Of a stretch of 64,000 nucleotides of DNA, positions 36,937 through 49,465 are shown piece by piece. Source of the stretch: Toensbergia leucococca (Eukaryota); assembly GCA_022813965.1 (NCBI GenBank), contig JALDZS010000008.1:1-64000 (forward strand). Reading direction: 5' to 3'. The notes beneath the pieces were generated by a model, which did not search any database, was not told where the DNA came from, and saw nothing but the letters and a program-made list of their open reading frames with translations. Positions within the stretch are counted from its first letter, which is position 1; each line of letters starts with the position of its first letter. The position numbers were made by a program, and so were the translations under genes.

Positions 36937-39878
36937 ATGGTATTGCGAAAACCTGACACCAATGGGTTACCGTATCCTGTAACACCAACCTCACCTTACG
37001 GGCCAAGTACAACTGCCGCAAGTTACACTCAAAGAAATGAAGACGCACATCATCTGGCAGATCGCAGTCTGTCCACTGGACCGCAGGAAGGTATATGGTC
37101 AGACACAAATAACGCGTGGGACAACGACGAGACAGGGAGGTGGAAAGTTAGTAATGAGTTACCACCAGCCTTAAGGGCCGGCGGCAATGGACTAAGCACA
37201 GAGAACCGCAAGGAAGAGAGTCTCCCGCCTTCGTTACGAGTCGGCCCTGCGGAGACAACCCCGAGATCTTCGATCGAAAGCCAAAGTTCCAATCGCTCTG
37301 GCTCGCAATCCAGGCGACCTCTCGCTACGAACCTACCTATGCAAGTCTTGGATTCTCAGAGCTCGCACTCGAATAACCCGTATCTCCGTATGAAAAATAT
37401 GAATGATGCCCTCCCCAAGATAGGCCGCCTCGACGAACAAAATAGTCATGATATATGGGCCGACGAGGCTTCGAATCCTGCGCCAACGTCTCAGTCTTCT
37501 CATCAGCAGTATAAAAGTAATTCATTCTCTATGCTTCTGGACTCTTTAGATGAACAATACTGACAGCTAGGCTAGTCGAACCTCTGCCAATCAGGACGGC
37601 TGGCCCTTCGCTGTCAAGTCATACGCCTCCTGAAGCTTCGCCGTCTGCAGAGCCGTGGAACACATTCACGTTCCCTCCCGAGCGTCAACCTCCGCCTATA
37701 CCCGTAGCAAATAACGACGGCTCAAGAGATGAGATATCTAATGTTGCTTCCATCCAATCCAGTGATAGACAAGGACTGTCTCAGCCAGGTAATAGAAAGG
37801 CGCAAGTAGGACAAGAGAACTATTATCACGAGGACCTTATGGACTTGAATCTTGGGGACCACCCCAACGACGTGTACGTACCTCAACAACCCTTCGGACC
37901 ACCTCTGAGCGAAACACTTAGCCCTTCTTCTCCACGCACTTATGATATGGACAAACATCTGCCTGATTTACCTCCGGAACCCAGTGAAAAAGCTCCTCCA
38001 ATACTACCACCTCGCAGGTTAATTGAACAAGAGGAAGTCGCTCCCCCGCAACCTCCACGACCTGAGGTTCGAGTACCAGTTGCGGACACGCAAATCTTAC
38101 CCCATGTACCAGATTGCGATGCTCAAAATAGTAGGGCAACGAAGCAGAGGAGTGAGACATATCAAATACGACTCGTGAATTGGTTCGACGTTTCATCACC
38201 CACTAATCCTCGAAGATCACCGATTATGGTACAGAATGCAAATGGTCCCTGTCCACTGCTCGCTCTTGTAAATGCTCTCACACTTTCAACACCTGCAGAT
38301 GTCAGCACTGCGCTTGTGGAGACCCTACGGGTTCGTGAACAAGTAAGCCTGGGTCTTCTACTTGATGCAGTGATTGACGAGCTCATGTCTGGTCGAAGAG
38401 GAGATGAAATCCAAGATCTCCCTGACGTCAGTGATCTCTATGCATTTCTTATAACATTGCATACCGGTATGAATGTGAACCCTAGCTTCGTGAAATCCGG
38501 AGAAAAAACACCAAATATCATGGACGCTTCAATGCTGGATCTTTCGACTTCTGTGCAAAGGTCTCGAAATCCAGGTGGATTTGAGGATACAAGGGAGATG
38601 AAGTTGTATAGTGCATTTGCAATACCTTTGATTCATGGTTGGCTTCCGCCAAAGAATCATCCAGCCTACTCAGCTTTGGAGCGCTCGGCGAGGACTTACG
38701 AAGATGCACAAAACCTGATGTTTCGTGAAGAAGAATTAGAGGACAAGCTTCAACGGCTTGGCTTGAATCAAGATGAGCAACTCTTGCTTGAAGATATCAC
38801 AAGTGTCAAGTATTTCCTTTCTACGTCGGCCACACAGCTCACCGGTTACGGACTGGACACCATGACCGAAGCCCTTGCTCCAGGCTCGATCGCTATACTT
38901 TTTCGTAATGATCATTTCAGCACTCTATACAGACATCCTAGATCTGGCCAGCTTTTGACTTTAGTGACCGATATGGGATATGCCGGACATGACGAAGTTG
39001 TCTGGGAAAGTTTAGTAGACGTCAGCGGAGAAGGGTGCGAATTCTTTGCTGGCGATTTCCGCCCCGTCGGCAATGTAGTCGGTGATATTCACCCACAATC
39101 CAGTGGTGTTACTGCGGCAGACGACTCGGGCTGGACAACAGTATCAAGAAACAATAACAGCAAATCAAACCATTCTCATGACTCTGTTACACTTGAGAGT
39201 CAGACCTTAGCGCCCTTTGAAGACGGTAGTGAGATTCCAAACTCGCCTAACACGGAGCAAGAAGACCATGACCTAGCTCTAGCGATGCAACTCCAAGAAG
39301 AAGAAGAGGACCGTGATCGACGTGAGACTGCCGCTCGTCGTCGTGAGGACGAACTTTCCCAAGCTTATCTCGTCTCGCAAGAAGCATCGAACAGACGGGG
39401 CGGCGGAGGTCGTGACCAAGGTCGAGTTCAGATTCGAGGTCAAGGCCGTGGTCAGGGTCGAGGTCAAGAAATCCGTCCTACGATTCCTGTTCGCGGGAAC
39501 AGAACTGTAGTTGACCCAGAAGCTGGTGATGATGCACCGCCACCTACCTACGAGCAAGCTGCAAAGGGTCCAGCATATATCCCTCCATCAGATCAACCTG
39601 CTCCGGCTTTGGCAGCATCCCCCGCCGCCGTACCGATTTCAAGACCACAGGGCGGCCGACCAAGACAGAGGAGTGCGTACAGTCAAAATTCTGTGGCCTT
39701 TAATGGTACTCCTTCTACGCGCGGAGGACAAAGGAGAAGAGACAGCAGCGCCAGGAATGTTGGACTCAACAGAAGTGGAGGGCTAGAAGGTGCCCCAGGC
39801 GTACTCCGAAGAAGGAGTGGAGGCGCTGGAGGTTTGGAGGAAGAAGATGACGGGAAAAAGGACTGTGTTGTTATGTAG
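36937..39878 (+). CDS. MINDY-family (DUF544) deubiquitinase, 2 exons
   Basis: QNANGPCPLLALVN (catalytic Cys), LIHGW, LFRNDHFSTLY, LVTDMGY...VVWESL, and MIU-like DHDLALAMQLQEEE. Intron at ~37517-37570. Confidence 0.92.
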
Positions 39879-40846
39879 ATTAGCAAATGCGCTGCATTGG
39901 CGTTCTAGGGCTTTTCTATTGGCGGCCAGGAAATCGCGAGAAGGAAGGTCGGACTCCTCAGGTACTGAATGAATCATGCAATGGATTTTTGATACCTATC
40001 TTCATTAGAAATCTAGACGCAGTCCATTTAAGGAACATAGTTTGTATACTACTAAACGTACTCGCTGTAGGTGAAACAAGGAGTTTGTGTTTTGAAATCT
40101 GTTGACAAGTGAAAAAGTATTGTTGGGCATACTTTTGAGTTCCCTATCTCCATCCCTATGGTGAATCGATACGAAAATAGGGTGGTTGCCGCTTGGCCCG
40201 TGCTCAGTCCTCGGCTATGGAGTATTCGTAAATCCGTACTCTCTCGGCCGCCGGCCAAGCTCCTTTCTAATATCAAATATCTTTCCATCATTGCCACCGT
40301 TACCATCCTCATATCTTCAGGAACAAGTTCATGGATTGAGCTTGCCGGTATTGGGTAGGTTTAATCCATTCCTTGACTCCTGAAGGCCATACTGACTCTC
40401 TTTCACTCTAGACTCTACGGAGTCCGGGGCACCGCAGTAATTCATAAAGACTCTCCGGGATAGCACCAAATTGTCCAGTAATGCAGTCACTATTGTCAAG
40501 CAGAACCATGGCTCACCTCTATGAGCCTCCCGACCACTACCGCTTGCCGCTGGGGCTAGGCACCAGCACATCTCATGGAAAGCAATCACGTGGACTGTCA
40601 TCTTTTGTTTACCGCTAGAGCGCTTGGACCCTCTTTTAGCGGTATTCAAAGCATTCCATAAATCACAACACGACTCCAGCTTCGGATTTCACGAGCCAAC
40701 CCTTGCGCCATCAAACAACATCACTTCGCTAACTTCATTGACGCCGATATCACGACAATACAATCACTCCGCATACCGTGAAGAATATTGCCGTCGCATC
40801 CAAGCTTTCAATTATCACACTTCACCACTTACGTATTTTTTTAAAG

Positions 40847-41637
40847 ATGCCAGGTGGTAAAGGCAAATCGACAGGTGGCAAGGCGGGACCAAAAGAAGTG
40901 GCAGGAAAGAGTCAGAAATCGCATAGTGCAAAAGCCGGTCTACAGGTTGGTCTTCCCCGCTAGATCACTGTCTCCACTTCATCACAGATTTCCATCGGCT
41001 ATTGTCGGCTATACACTTATTGAGGCGCGTTAATGGCAATACATTGAATTGTCACTATGGTTGGTGCAACGCGATCACAAAGCTGTCAATGCTGGTGAGC
41101 GTTCGTCACTCCCAGATGGTCAAAATCTAGGGAATATCCATGGCGCGTCATCAGCCTCGTCATCCTCCAAAACAAACACACAGTCTTGATCTCTCAACCC
41201 TGAATAATTGACTAACACTTCTTCCAAAATTTAGTTTCCCTGCGGCCGTGTCAAGCGCTTTCTCAAGAACAACACCCAAAATAAGATGCGCGTCGGTGCC
41301 AAAGGTAACTCCCGTCCCCTTCTCCTAGCCCGTATCTTCTATCTCCTGAAGGCCAATTCTAGCTAACACTCTCCCTTCCAAATCAACAGCCGCAGTCTAC
41401 GTCACCGCCGTGCTCGAGTATCTCACAGCCGAAGTCCTCGAACTCGCCGGCAACGCGGCCAAAGATCTTAAAGTCAAACGCATCACTCCGCGCCACCTGC
41501 AACTGGCTATCCGCGGCGATGAGGAACTGGACACGCTGATCCGCGCGACGATTGCGTTTGGGGGTGTGCTGCCGCACATCAATCGCGCGCTATTGTTGAA
41601 GGTGGAGCAGAAGAAGAAGGGCAAGGGGGAGGCTTGA
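40847..41637 (+). CDS. HTZ1: Histone H2A.Z, 3 exons
   Basis: MPGGKGKS...[20 protein letters not shown]...[74 protein letters not shown]. Confidence 0.97.
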
Positions 41638-43683
41638 TTGGGGAAAGATGGGGTTGGGGATTTTAATTTTTCTTTTGTTTCTCCTCTTTCTCTCTTCTTT
41701 TTTCGTTGAGCTTGTTCTTTTTGTCTCTTTTTCTTTCCTTCTCGGTTGGCAGAGGAGTGGTGGTTCCAGGGGTTAGGAGCTTTTCGGGTGTGTTGGTACA
41801 GTGATGGAGGGGGGGAAGTGTATGTTCGCTCAGCAGCCCTTTCGTGTGCTTTTCTCGAGACAAAGGCTTTCTTTCTCGGTAGATGAATGGAGGTTTGGAA
41901 GTAGAGCTTTTGCTTGGGAAGCTTGGAACTGAAAGTGAGGTTTGTTGTAGCTGATAAGGGGGCTACATAGCTACCTGTTTTTCCAAAAAGAAAGAGCGAA
42001 GACCAAATTGCCCACTACGCACGAGATACCCTTTTTTGGGGGGCCAGGGGGGAAATGAAATGATGTAGTTTCATTGATTCACGATGCCATTTCTTTTCTT
42101 TCTTTCTTTCCTATTTTTCTTCTCTTTGTTTCTCATCCAAAACCCCACGCCCCCACCCCCCCAATATTTTCCAGAATCCATCCCTTGATTCTCTCAAGCT
42201 TGGGGTACCCCATCGTAATATAATCTTGTTTGTGGAAATTTATCATACATTTACTTTTCTTGAAAGCGTCATCACCAACGAAGCAAACTTGATTCTTTAC
42301 TCCTTTTCTTTATCCTTTTTTTTTCTTTGGGGAAGGGGGGGAGGGGGGGGGAAGTAGAACCGTGATGGCGTTGATTGATACTTTGATGCTAGGAAAGGAA
42401 GGGAAAGTTGGGTGTGCCTGTGTTTTGTGTTTTGGAAAAAGGGGGGAAGGAGATGGATGGATTAATGACGCCCTTTACTATGGTTGGTTTTGTTACTTTG
42501 TGTTTTCATGCGCGGGTGTGCTAGGTCGGTTGATGAGACCGGAGTAAGGCTTTCTTTTTCTGCCTTGAAGCGGAAGGGGTGGGATTTTGGAGGAGAGGAG
42601 GCGGCGCCGTGGGGGGAGGTTGAGTGGGTCCGGGAATGGTGAGGTGTAGAGGATATTTTGCGACTTGTCCCATTTTAATAGGAGAATTATGGGATATTTT
42701 GTAGGGGATGAAAGAAAACGGCAGTCTTGCTAGGGATTTGAGGAGTTTGGTCAACATCTCAGGAATGGTGAGATGTTGTGTAAGCAAGATGCCAGAAAAG
42801 GGCTGGGCACACATGGGAGATATGACGGTCTCTCATTTGTGGTGGAGGGGGGGAATAACAGACTACGATTTCCATTGACCGATTTCAATTTGAGCATGCC
42901 TTTTGAACGGGGTGAACGGGACTAGGACTGGATATTCACCAAAGAGTGATACCGTTTTTTTTTCGACAACAGCAGCTACATTCTTGTACTCCAGAAGAAA
43001 GAAAAGAAAAGAAAAATCGGACGATATCTTAACAACAGTGAGGACACAAAAAAAGAACGAATTCGATGGATGACCAACAGGCCACATTACATACTGTGAT
43101 TGAGACAAGACTATTAAACGAAGGTATTAGGGGAAAGGGGGAGGTATGTAGACATGTGTGAAGAATGAACAAACTCATCGTAATGGGAATTACTCAATTG
43201 TCTCTATCAAAAACAATTATGAATTGAGCGAAGAAGCGGAAATAACGAAGACTCCACCAAGACCTTAGCTGAGCCGCCATGCTCTTGAGGACAAAAAAAA
43301 GCCTAAATCTGGTTGACCACGGAAAAGGGTGTATACATGGTACATTTTTGTCAATATTGAACGCTAATTCAGTACGGAATTCGTAAAGCGTGGAGAGTAT
43401 CGTATCGTCAAGATGTGTGTCGTAGGTTTCTCAAATGTCCAAATTTCGTGTGGTTAAAAAGGTCCCGATCACGTTCGAGGTCCCAATTGATCATAGTCTT
43501 GTTGCAGAGATTACCAATTCCAAACACCACTCCACATGACATACAAGGAGAAATCCGTCGCTCCTGTGGTACGTAATTCTGAAGGGTGGCCCCTTGTAAT
43601 AATCTACTTTTCGTCTCGTCATCCATCATAAGTCGTAGACAAAGTAGTCTTCAACGTCCTCCAACAGTCGACAACTGAATCGC

Positions 43684-45637
43684 CTACTCCACGATAATCT
43701 CCACACTTGAGGAAGCCCTCAACTCGTCACTACCACGACCCTGATGGCCGTTTTGTCGTCCTCGTGAGAACCCTGTACCACGTTCAGGCGCAGGTCCTCG
43801 CGGCTGCCGAGTCGGCATATTTTGGCTAGGTCGATCCCTGGATTGATCGTCATAACTCATATTGAAAGATCTATTACTGCCGATTGGACCAGTGGTGGAC
43901 TGCTGACTGTCTTGGTCCCAGGAGAACATCCCCCGAAGACGTCGAGGGCTTCCACCATTTGGCCCGAGGTTGCTTCCCAGAGACATTCCACTAAGACCGT
44001 TGACGAGAAGACCTTCTTCGCGGTGGTGGCCCAAAGCTGAGCCGGAGGCAGCTGGAGTCAAGGTTGGTGTGATTGAAGCGGCGCTTCCTGGGCCATAATC
44101 TTGAAATCTAGCTATATTCGATTGCAACGCAGCGGGGAAACTAGCCGAGGAAGGTACTGGCGAAGGTGTATACGACCGTAGGTCTGCAAATGACTTGGCA
44201 GCCCGTAGATTTTGCTGGGTACCAAAACCACCTGGAGAATCGGGAATACTAAGGAATCCTGAGGACTGCTGGCCTCGAAGAGTATTGTACATGCCAGGTT
44301 CGGAGCCCCTAGCCTCGCTGAAGTCGATCGTTGCTGCTCGATTAAGTCCTCTGCGTGAAGCATCTCCTCCATGAATTGCTGAACCATGTGGGATCGGTGG
44401 GCTCAGGTTGCTTCCTTGCGGAGCTCGAAATACATGAACTTGCCTCTGGTCTCCATTTCCACGAGAGACATGAGCTAGCTGCATGTGATGTGCCAAGGTA
44501 TGGACTATTCGACGCTGTGGCGGGGATAAATTCGATGGAAAAATCAGGGCCTCTCTTGCATGATCGTCACGGAAAAGAAGGAGCTGAGAGTAGAATTGTA
44601 GGGTTTGGGGATCATTGAGATCTACATCTTGACGTAGCCAAATTAGCTCGGTAAGATTTACTAGACAATTGCATTGCTTACCTGGCTTAGCATTTCGCGA
44701 TGAGACTGGCGATGGCGAAGTGGCTGGGATATGGGATGATAAGGACGACATTGACGGCTGGCTATTTAGCTGAGAGTTACCTATCGGTCGATGTTGCTCC
44801 TCAAGCTGCCCTCGCCTCTCGCGTTTCTCCCGCTCGATACGTTCTCGTTCCTGCAATGGCAACATCTTCTTGTATTCGACACGTAGTTTTCGACCTTGTA
44901 GCTCGAAATGATTGAGATGATCGATGACCGTAGCAGTCTCGTCCGCAGAGGTAAAGTTTGCGAATGCAAGCCCTCGAAAGACACCATTATCGAAGTGATA
45001 GTTGAAAGCATAGGGCAAGGGAAGATTCATCTGAGTCATGAGCTCTACCAATTGCTCTTTTTTCACAGCAAATGGTATGTTCTTGATTACGATGGCAGTT
45101 GGTATGAGCTCTTCATCAGGATCTGAGATGAACGTGTCTGGTCGAAGCTGCGCTCCACCGAGAGGTGACGGGCCAATGCCTGCGAAAGGATTTAATGCAG
45201 GCAATTGTTGCTGGTCAAGCCAAGTCTGTGCAACACCAAATCAGCATGTCACATTCCCAGGTATTGTCTTGAGAATCAACTCTACTCACCGTTGGCAGAA
45301 TACTACGTCCTCGAGACGCAGACTTCATCCTCCCAGTAGCCCCAAAAGGGGAAAAGCCATTTGTACCACCGAACGCATTGGGATTCCACGTTTGGGCCCC
45401 TGGAAGTTCGTAACCGTAGCCACCGCCCTGCATGGTCGCATTCATCCTGTCGTATCTGTTTGTATCGTACCGTGACGTATGATCCTCAGGGTAAATGTTG
45501 TTTGGCATCTGCCCGTATGCATCAAATTGACGGGATGGTTGTCGGTGAAGTGTTTGCTGTTGATGCCGATGAGCACCCGGAGAACGTGAGGAGGGTTGCT
45601 CATAATATATGTCTTGATGATGGTTGTGGCTGTTCAT
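43684..45637 (-). CDS. PIN4: RRM + R3H RNA-binding protein (Pin4/Cip2-like), 3 exons
   Basis: IPTAIVIKNIPF, PYAFNYHFDNGVFRGLAFANF, GRKLRVEYKKMLP, and the R3H motif RRIVHTLAHH. Confidence 0.92.
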
Positions 45638-48600
45638 GTCTCGTACTACTATGGAGAGCGATATTGTAGTGTATGATGGGGATTTTGTGCGATGTTCAGA
45701 AACTGCCAGAGGTGCCTAGCAATCACTCAAAAGTCAAAGTGTATTATCGGTGCGGCGGTAATAGCTTTCCAACTGATTAAATCTTACGAGGGCAGACGGT
45801 GAAGACTTGCCCAGAGCACACGGACGATCTCCACGAGTATTATCAAGCTCGGTTGTGCTGGGTCTGACGTCGTGGTTGACGTCTTGTCTCGTAAGTCGTA
45901 GAGGGCGTGGGAGTCGTTAGCTGGTGCGGAAATGAATGTTTTCAGCCAAATCAGGCCCGTAAGAGAAGTGATCTTGTGTCGAGTTGTTGTGGTGGTCGTG
46001 GAGAGTGTGCAGACTCGTGAGCGGAGCTATGTGCGCACAAGTGGGCTGGATGGGACGAGGACGTCGAGTGTGTGCATGGCAATGCGCAATGAAAGAAAAA
46101 ATGAAGAGAGGCTTCGGGGCAGCAAATAATGGTTAGATGGTGGGTTCAATACTTGGTTGGGTGGTTTGAGTTTGGGGAGGAGGATGTGGAATGAGATTTG
46201 AAGCTTGGGTGGCCTGGACACTAACGGAATTGCCCCGTAATAAAGTACCCTAATTTGAGGTTTCGAGCTGGGAAAAGGGAGAAGTCTTCTCACTAGGTTT
46301 TACAATCCTTGCTGAGGTCTTTAGGATATGGCTTCAGTGGGACTGCAGCTTTAGCCATACGGAGAGTTCATTGCATGCAACAGAATGTGATTGGCGTTGG
46401 CGGCATGCACGCTTGTGCAAGAAATTAAGATATTCGCTCGAGTCATCATCGTCTTGCAACTTCATAAAGTGAAAACTCTATCAACTATCCTATGCCCCCA
46501 AACCCTGCTTCCGCAAGCAAACAGCGGCGCCAGCTCTGTGGTTGGCGGGATGGGCCGAACCATGGAAGAAGTCACTTTCTTTAGTGGCCTACAGAGGAAG
46601 AGGTAGAGAACGAGTTCTTTGCATATTGATGGAATCAAGGGGTCGAGGATGATATTCTTTCATAGGTAAGCAGACATGTATCGCGTATCACCAGCCGCTT
46701 TTATCGTTCCTTACTCTTACCGGTGATCTGCGTCAGCTGTGCGGGTGATGACAGAAATGGGGAACGTCGTAGCTGCAAATGTGCAAACCCCTCCCCTCTT
46801 TCTGCTCATCGGTTGAGGCTGCATGAAAGTAGTGGATAGCCGTGGTACAGTGAAGCGAATCAACTTTGTCCACTCGATAGGAAAGCGAACGCTCTCTTGC
46901 CCTCTTCAACTTATTCTAGCCAGTGTGGGTCATCTTACAGAATATTGATGAAACTTGAAAGTAGGGAGCTATTGAGCCTTCTTTTTCTAGCGACCTTCTA
47001 GCTGGCCCCTTGCCAACTCATCTTACTCTAAAAGCCTGTATCTGATTCGTGAGGCCCAGAAATGACCTGTCCCAATGCAGAGGTCCACACATGGCACTTA
47101 GCGCGCCATCGTCTGGATCGACGGGAGGAATATCGGTCATGTGATTTGATGGAGGGTACTCGTATTCGTAAGAGTAGAGTACAAGAATTTGTACCCGTGT
47201 ACGAGTAGGTTGTATCAAAGAGACATGTTTCATCAACACATACTCTTCTTGAACAGAGTACACTTTTTGTAGAATAAAATGTGCTTTTCTTCAGATCGAG
47301 GCCAGGGGGAAAAATTGACGGCCGACCGTTTGGTGAGGAATCGCAAAACAATCAGCCGTCAATATTTTCCCCGGCCTCGGATAGGCGTCACAGTATCAGT
47401 ACCCATCAAAGGACGAGGACTTAGGAGTACCCTCTAAAGTACGCCACTGCTGTCTCACCAGCATAGCAATCTTGTCACCATGAAAATTGAAAGGTCTCTC
47501 GAGTCCCTCAGTCTCATTGGAAAATAAGATCTGTATATTCTAAACTGTACTTCACGAAGGGCATTTTCAAGAACACATGGTTTCGCCGTATTGTGATGTC
47601 CATGAGAACGACCAAATGGAAACCAATATCATCATTCAAATTGATCAGTGAGCACTCGACTGAGCAAACGTGCCACATCACAAAAGTGTCTTCACGCTGC
47701 CGGTCAAGGAATACTACTTGGTTTCAATTCCGCATCAATTCATTCCTGTATAAGTAAATGAATCAAGATTTCAGGCGCTATAGATTCAGTCTTGATATTG
47801 ATGATGTGTGTGAGTTGATGAATAGAAAGTTGACAATCAAGGTCTGCTGGTGCTTGATGTCTTTACGCACTTCTGTCTCTTTTATCTTGATCTCTCTTAT
47901 ACTCTCTCTCCCACTTGTAACGTGCTATCGATTCTCTTCAAAAATGGAATTAACAGTGTGACTTGGCTGCTTCCAAGCTCTGCTGATGAATGCTGCTTCG
48001 GTTCACCGATCCATGGTGGAGATTGGCGTCGCAAAAATCTCGAAAGACTGCCCGGGTGGAAGTAGGCTTTGCACTCTAGTTTCATCCGTTCCCAACTCTT
48101 CAAGACTTTGAGCTTGCTGTGCAGTAAGTTCTAGGGTGTGGCATGGAATGTTGTAAGTTCGAGCTGATCTGCTGTCGCATATAAACTCGCCAACGTAGTA
48201 TGTTCTGCTGATGCCTTACTCTTCTGCATTGAAGTGTGACTATCAAATATAATTTTGAGCACACGTCTTCGGACTGCATCTCATCGCAAAAGCTATATTT
48301 TGTTGACGTCAAGTCATGAGGCGATGCTTCAGATCAAGGGAGAAACCGTGGGAAACATAATCATAATACATTGAATAGGGAATCATTTCAGCCCAATGCT
48401 GCACTTGCGCTAGAGAAGAGTTTCCTGTTCCGAAGACAGATGTTGAAAGTATGGCTTTACTGTAAGGATGAGACACTAAGTCTACCGTTTTCTCATCCTA
48501 TTCAGTCAGCGGTCACATAGAGTACTGCTGAACAGGCAGCAGAAAGATAACTCCCTCAACCTGTTGTTGACGTCTTGAATAGACCCATTTTTTCTCTCTC

Positions 48601-48881
48601 TAAAAGTCAGCTTCTTGACTCTAGCATAAAAGCTTCAAATCATTTCAATGTCAAAGAACTTGCTGAAAACTGATTTTGCTAATAGATGATGTAAACGGGT
48701 CGTACAGAATCATTAAATTGATAGGGGAATGTTGATATGATCAATGAGAACATAATGACCGTAAGCAACCTGTGTGAACATTGTGCATTATGTCAGGGAA
48801 ATAATGCTGAAGATGGATCATTGCGTGCAGCGTGCTACCTCAAGTATTCTACAAGTGACATCACTCTTGTTCATCGGCTTT

Positions 48882-48899
48882 CGGAACACACAGAAGCCG
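48882..48899. promoter_or_regulatory. CGG-N12-CCG Zn2Cys6-type site (AtrR-response-element-like)
   Basis: CGG AACACACAGAAG CCG, about 570 bp upstream of the PDR transporter ATG. Confidence 0.4.
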
Positions 48900-49465
48900 T
48901 GCACGGAGGGAATCGAGGACTTTTTGAGTCTTCGGTCCAGGGTCTTCGGTCATCTTGTTTATGGAGTAATCGGCATATAAGGTACTTGATCGTTGTACCA
49001 GTCGTAAAGAAGTTTCTTTGACATGGAAACCCTTGCACACCGACAGGAAGCATGCCAAGCCAATTATCTGTAGGTGGTGCAGGTGGATACCTAAAATAAC
49101 AATATGGACGGGTATGGAGCAACCTCGCAATTTTAAATGAGGTTCAAATGAAGGAGTATTGGACTCCCATCATCATCATGACTTTGGAGTATGCAGTTGC
49201 AGACATCATCATCAGCTGAACCTCGAACGGACCAGCTTTGGTGCAGATTTCCGTTCAAAATAAGATACCTTCCACCGAGAGTCCGACCTGTGCATAAAAA
49301 AGCACCATATGCAGGACATCCGGGGAATCCGATCCAGAGTATCTCGGTCTTTGAGAAAGTCCAGTGCCATTACTTCTTCAATGTGCTTATCTACAAGTCT
49401 CTCCCACCTTCCTCTCTCACCTAACCTATCAACTCCCCACTTGCCTACAGTAATTGTCGGCAATA

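Noticed and set aside
45700..49400. Many short ORFs between PIN4 and the ABC transporter
   Set aside because: They show no motifs or consistent splice structure and are treated as promoter/UTR sequence.
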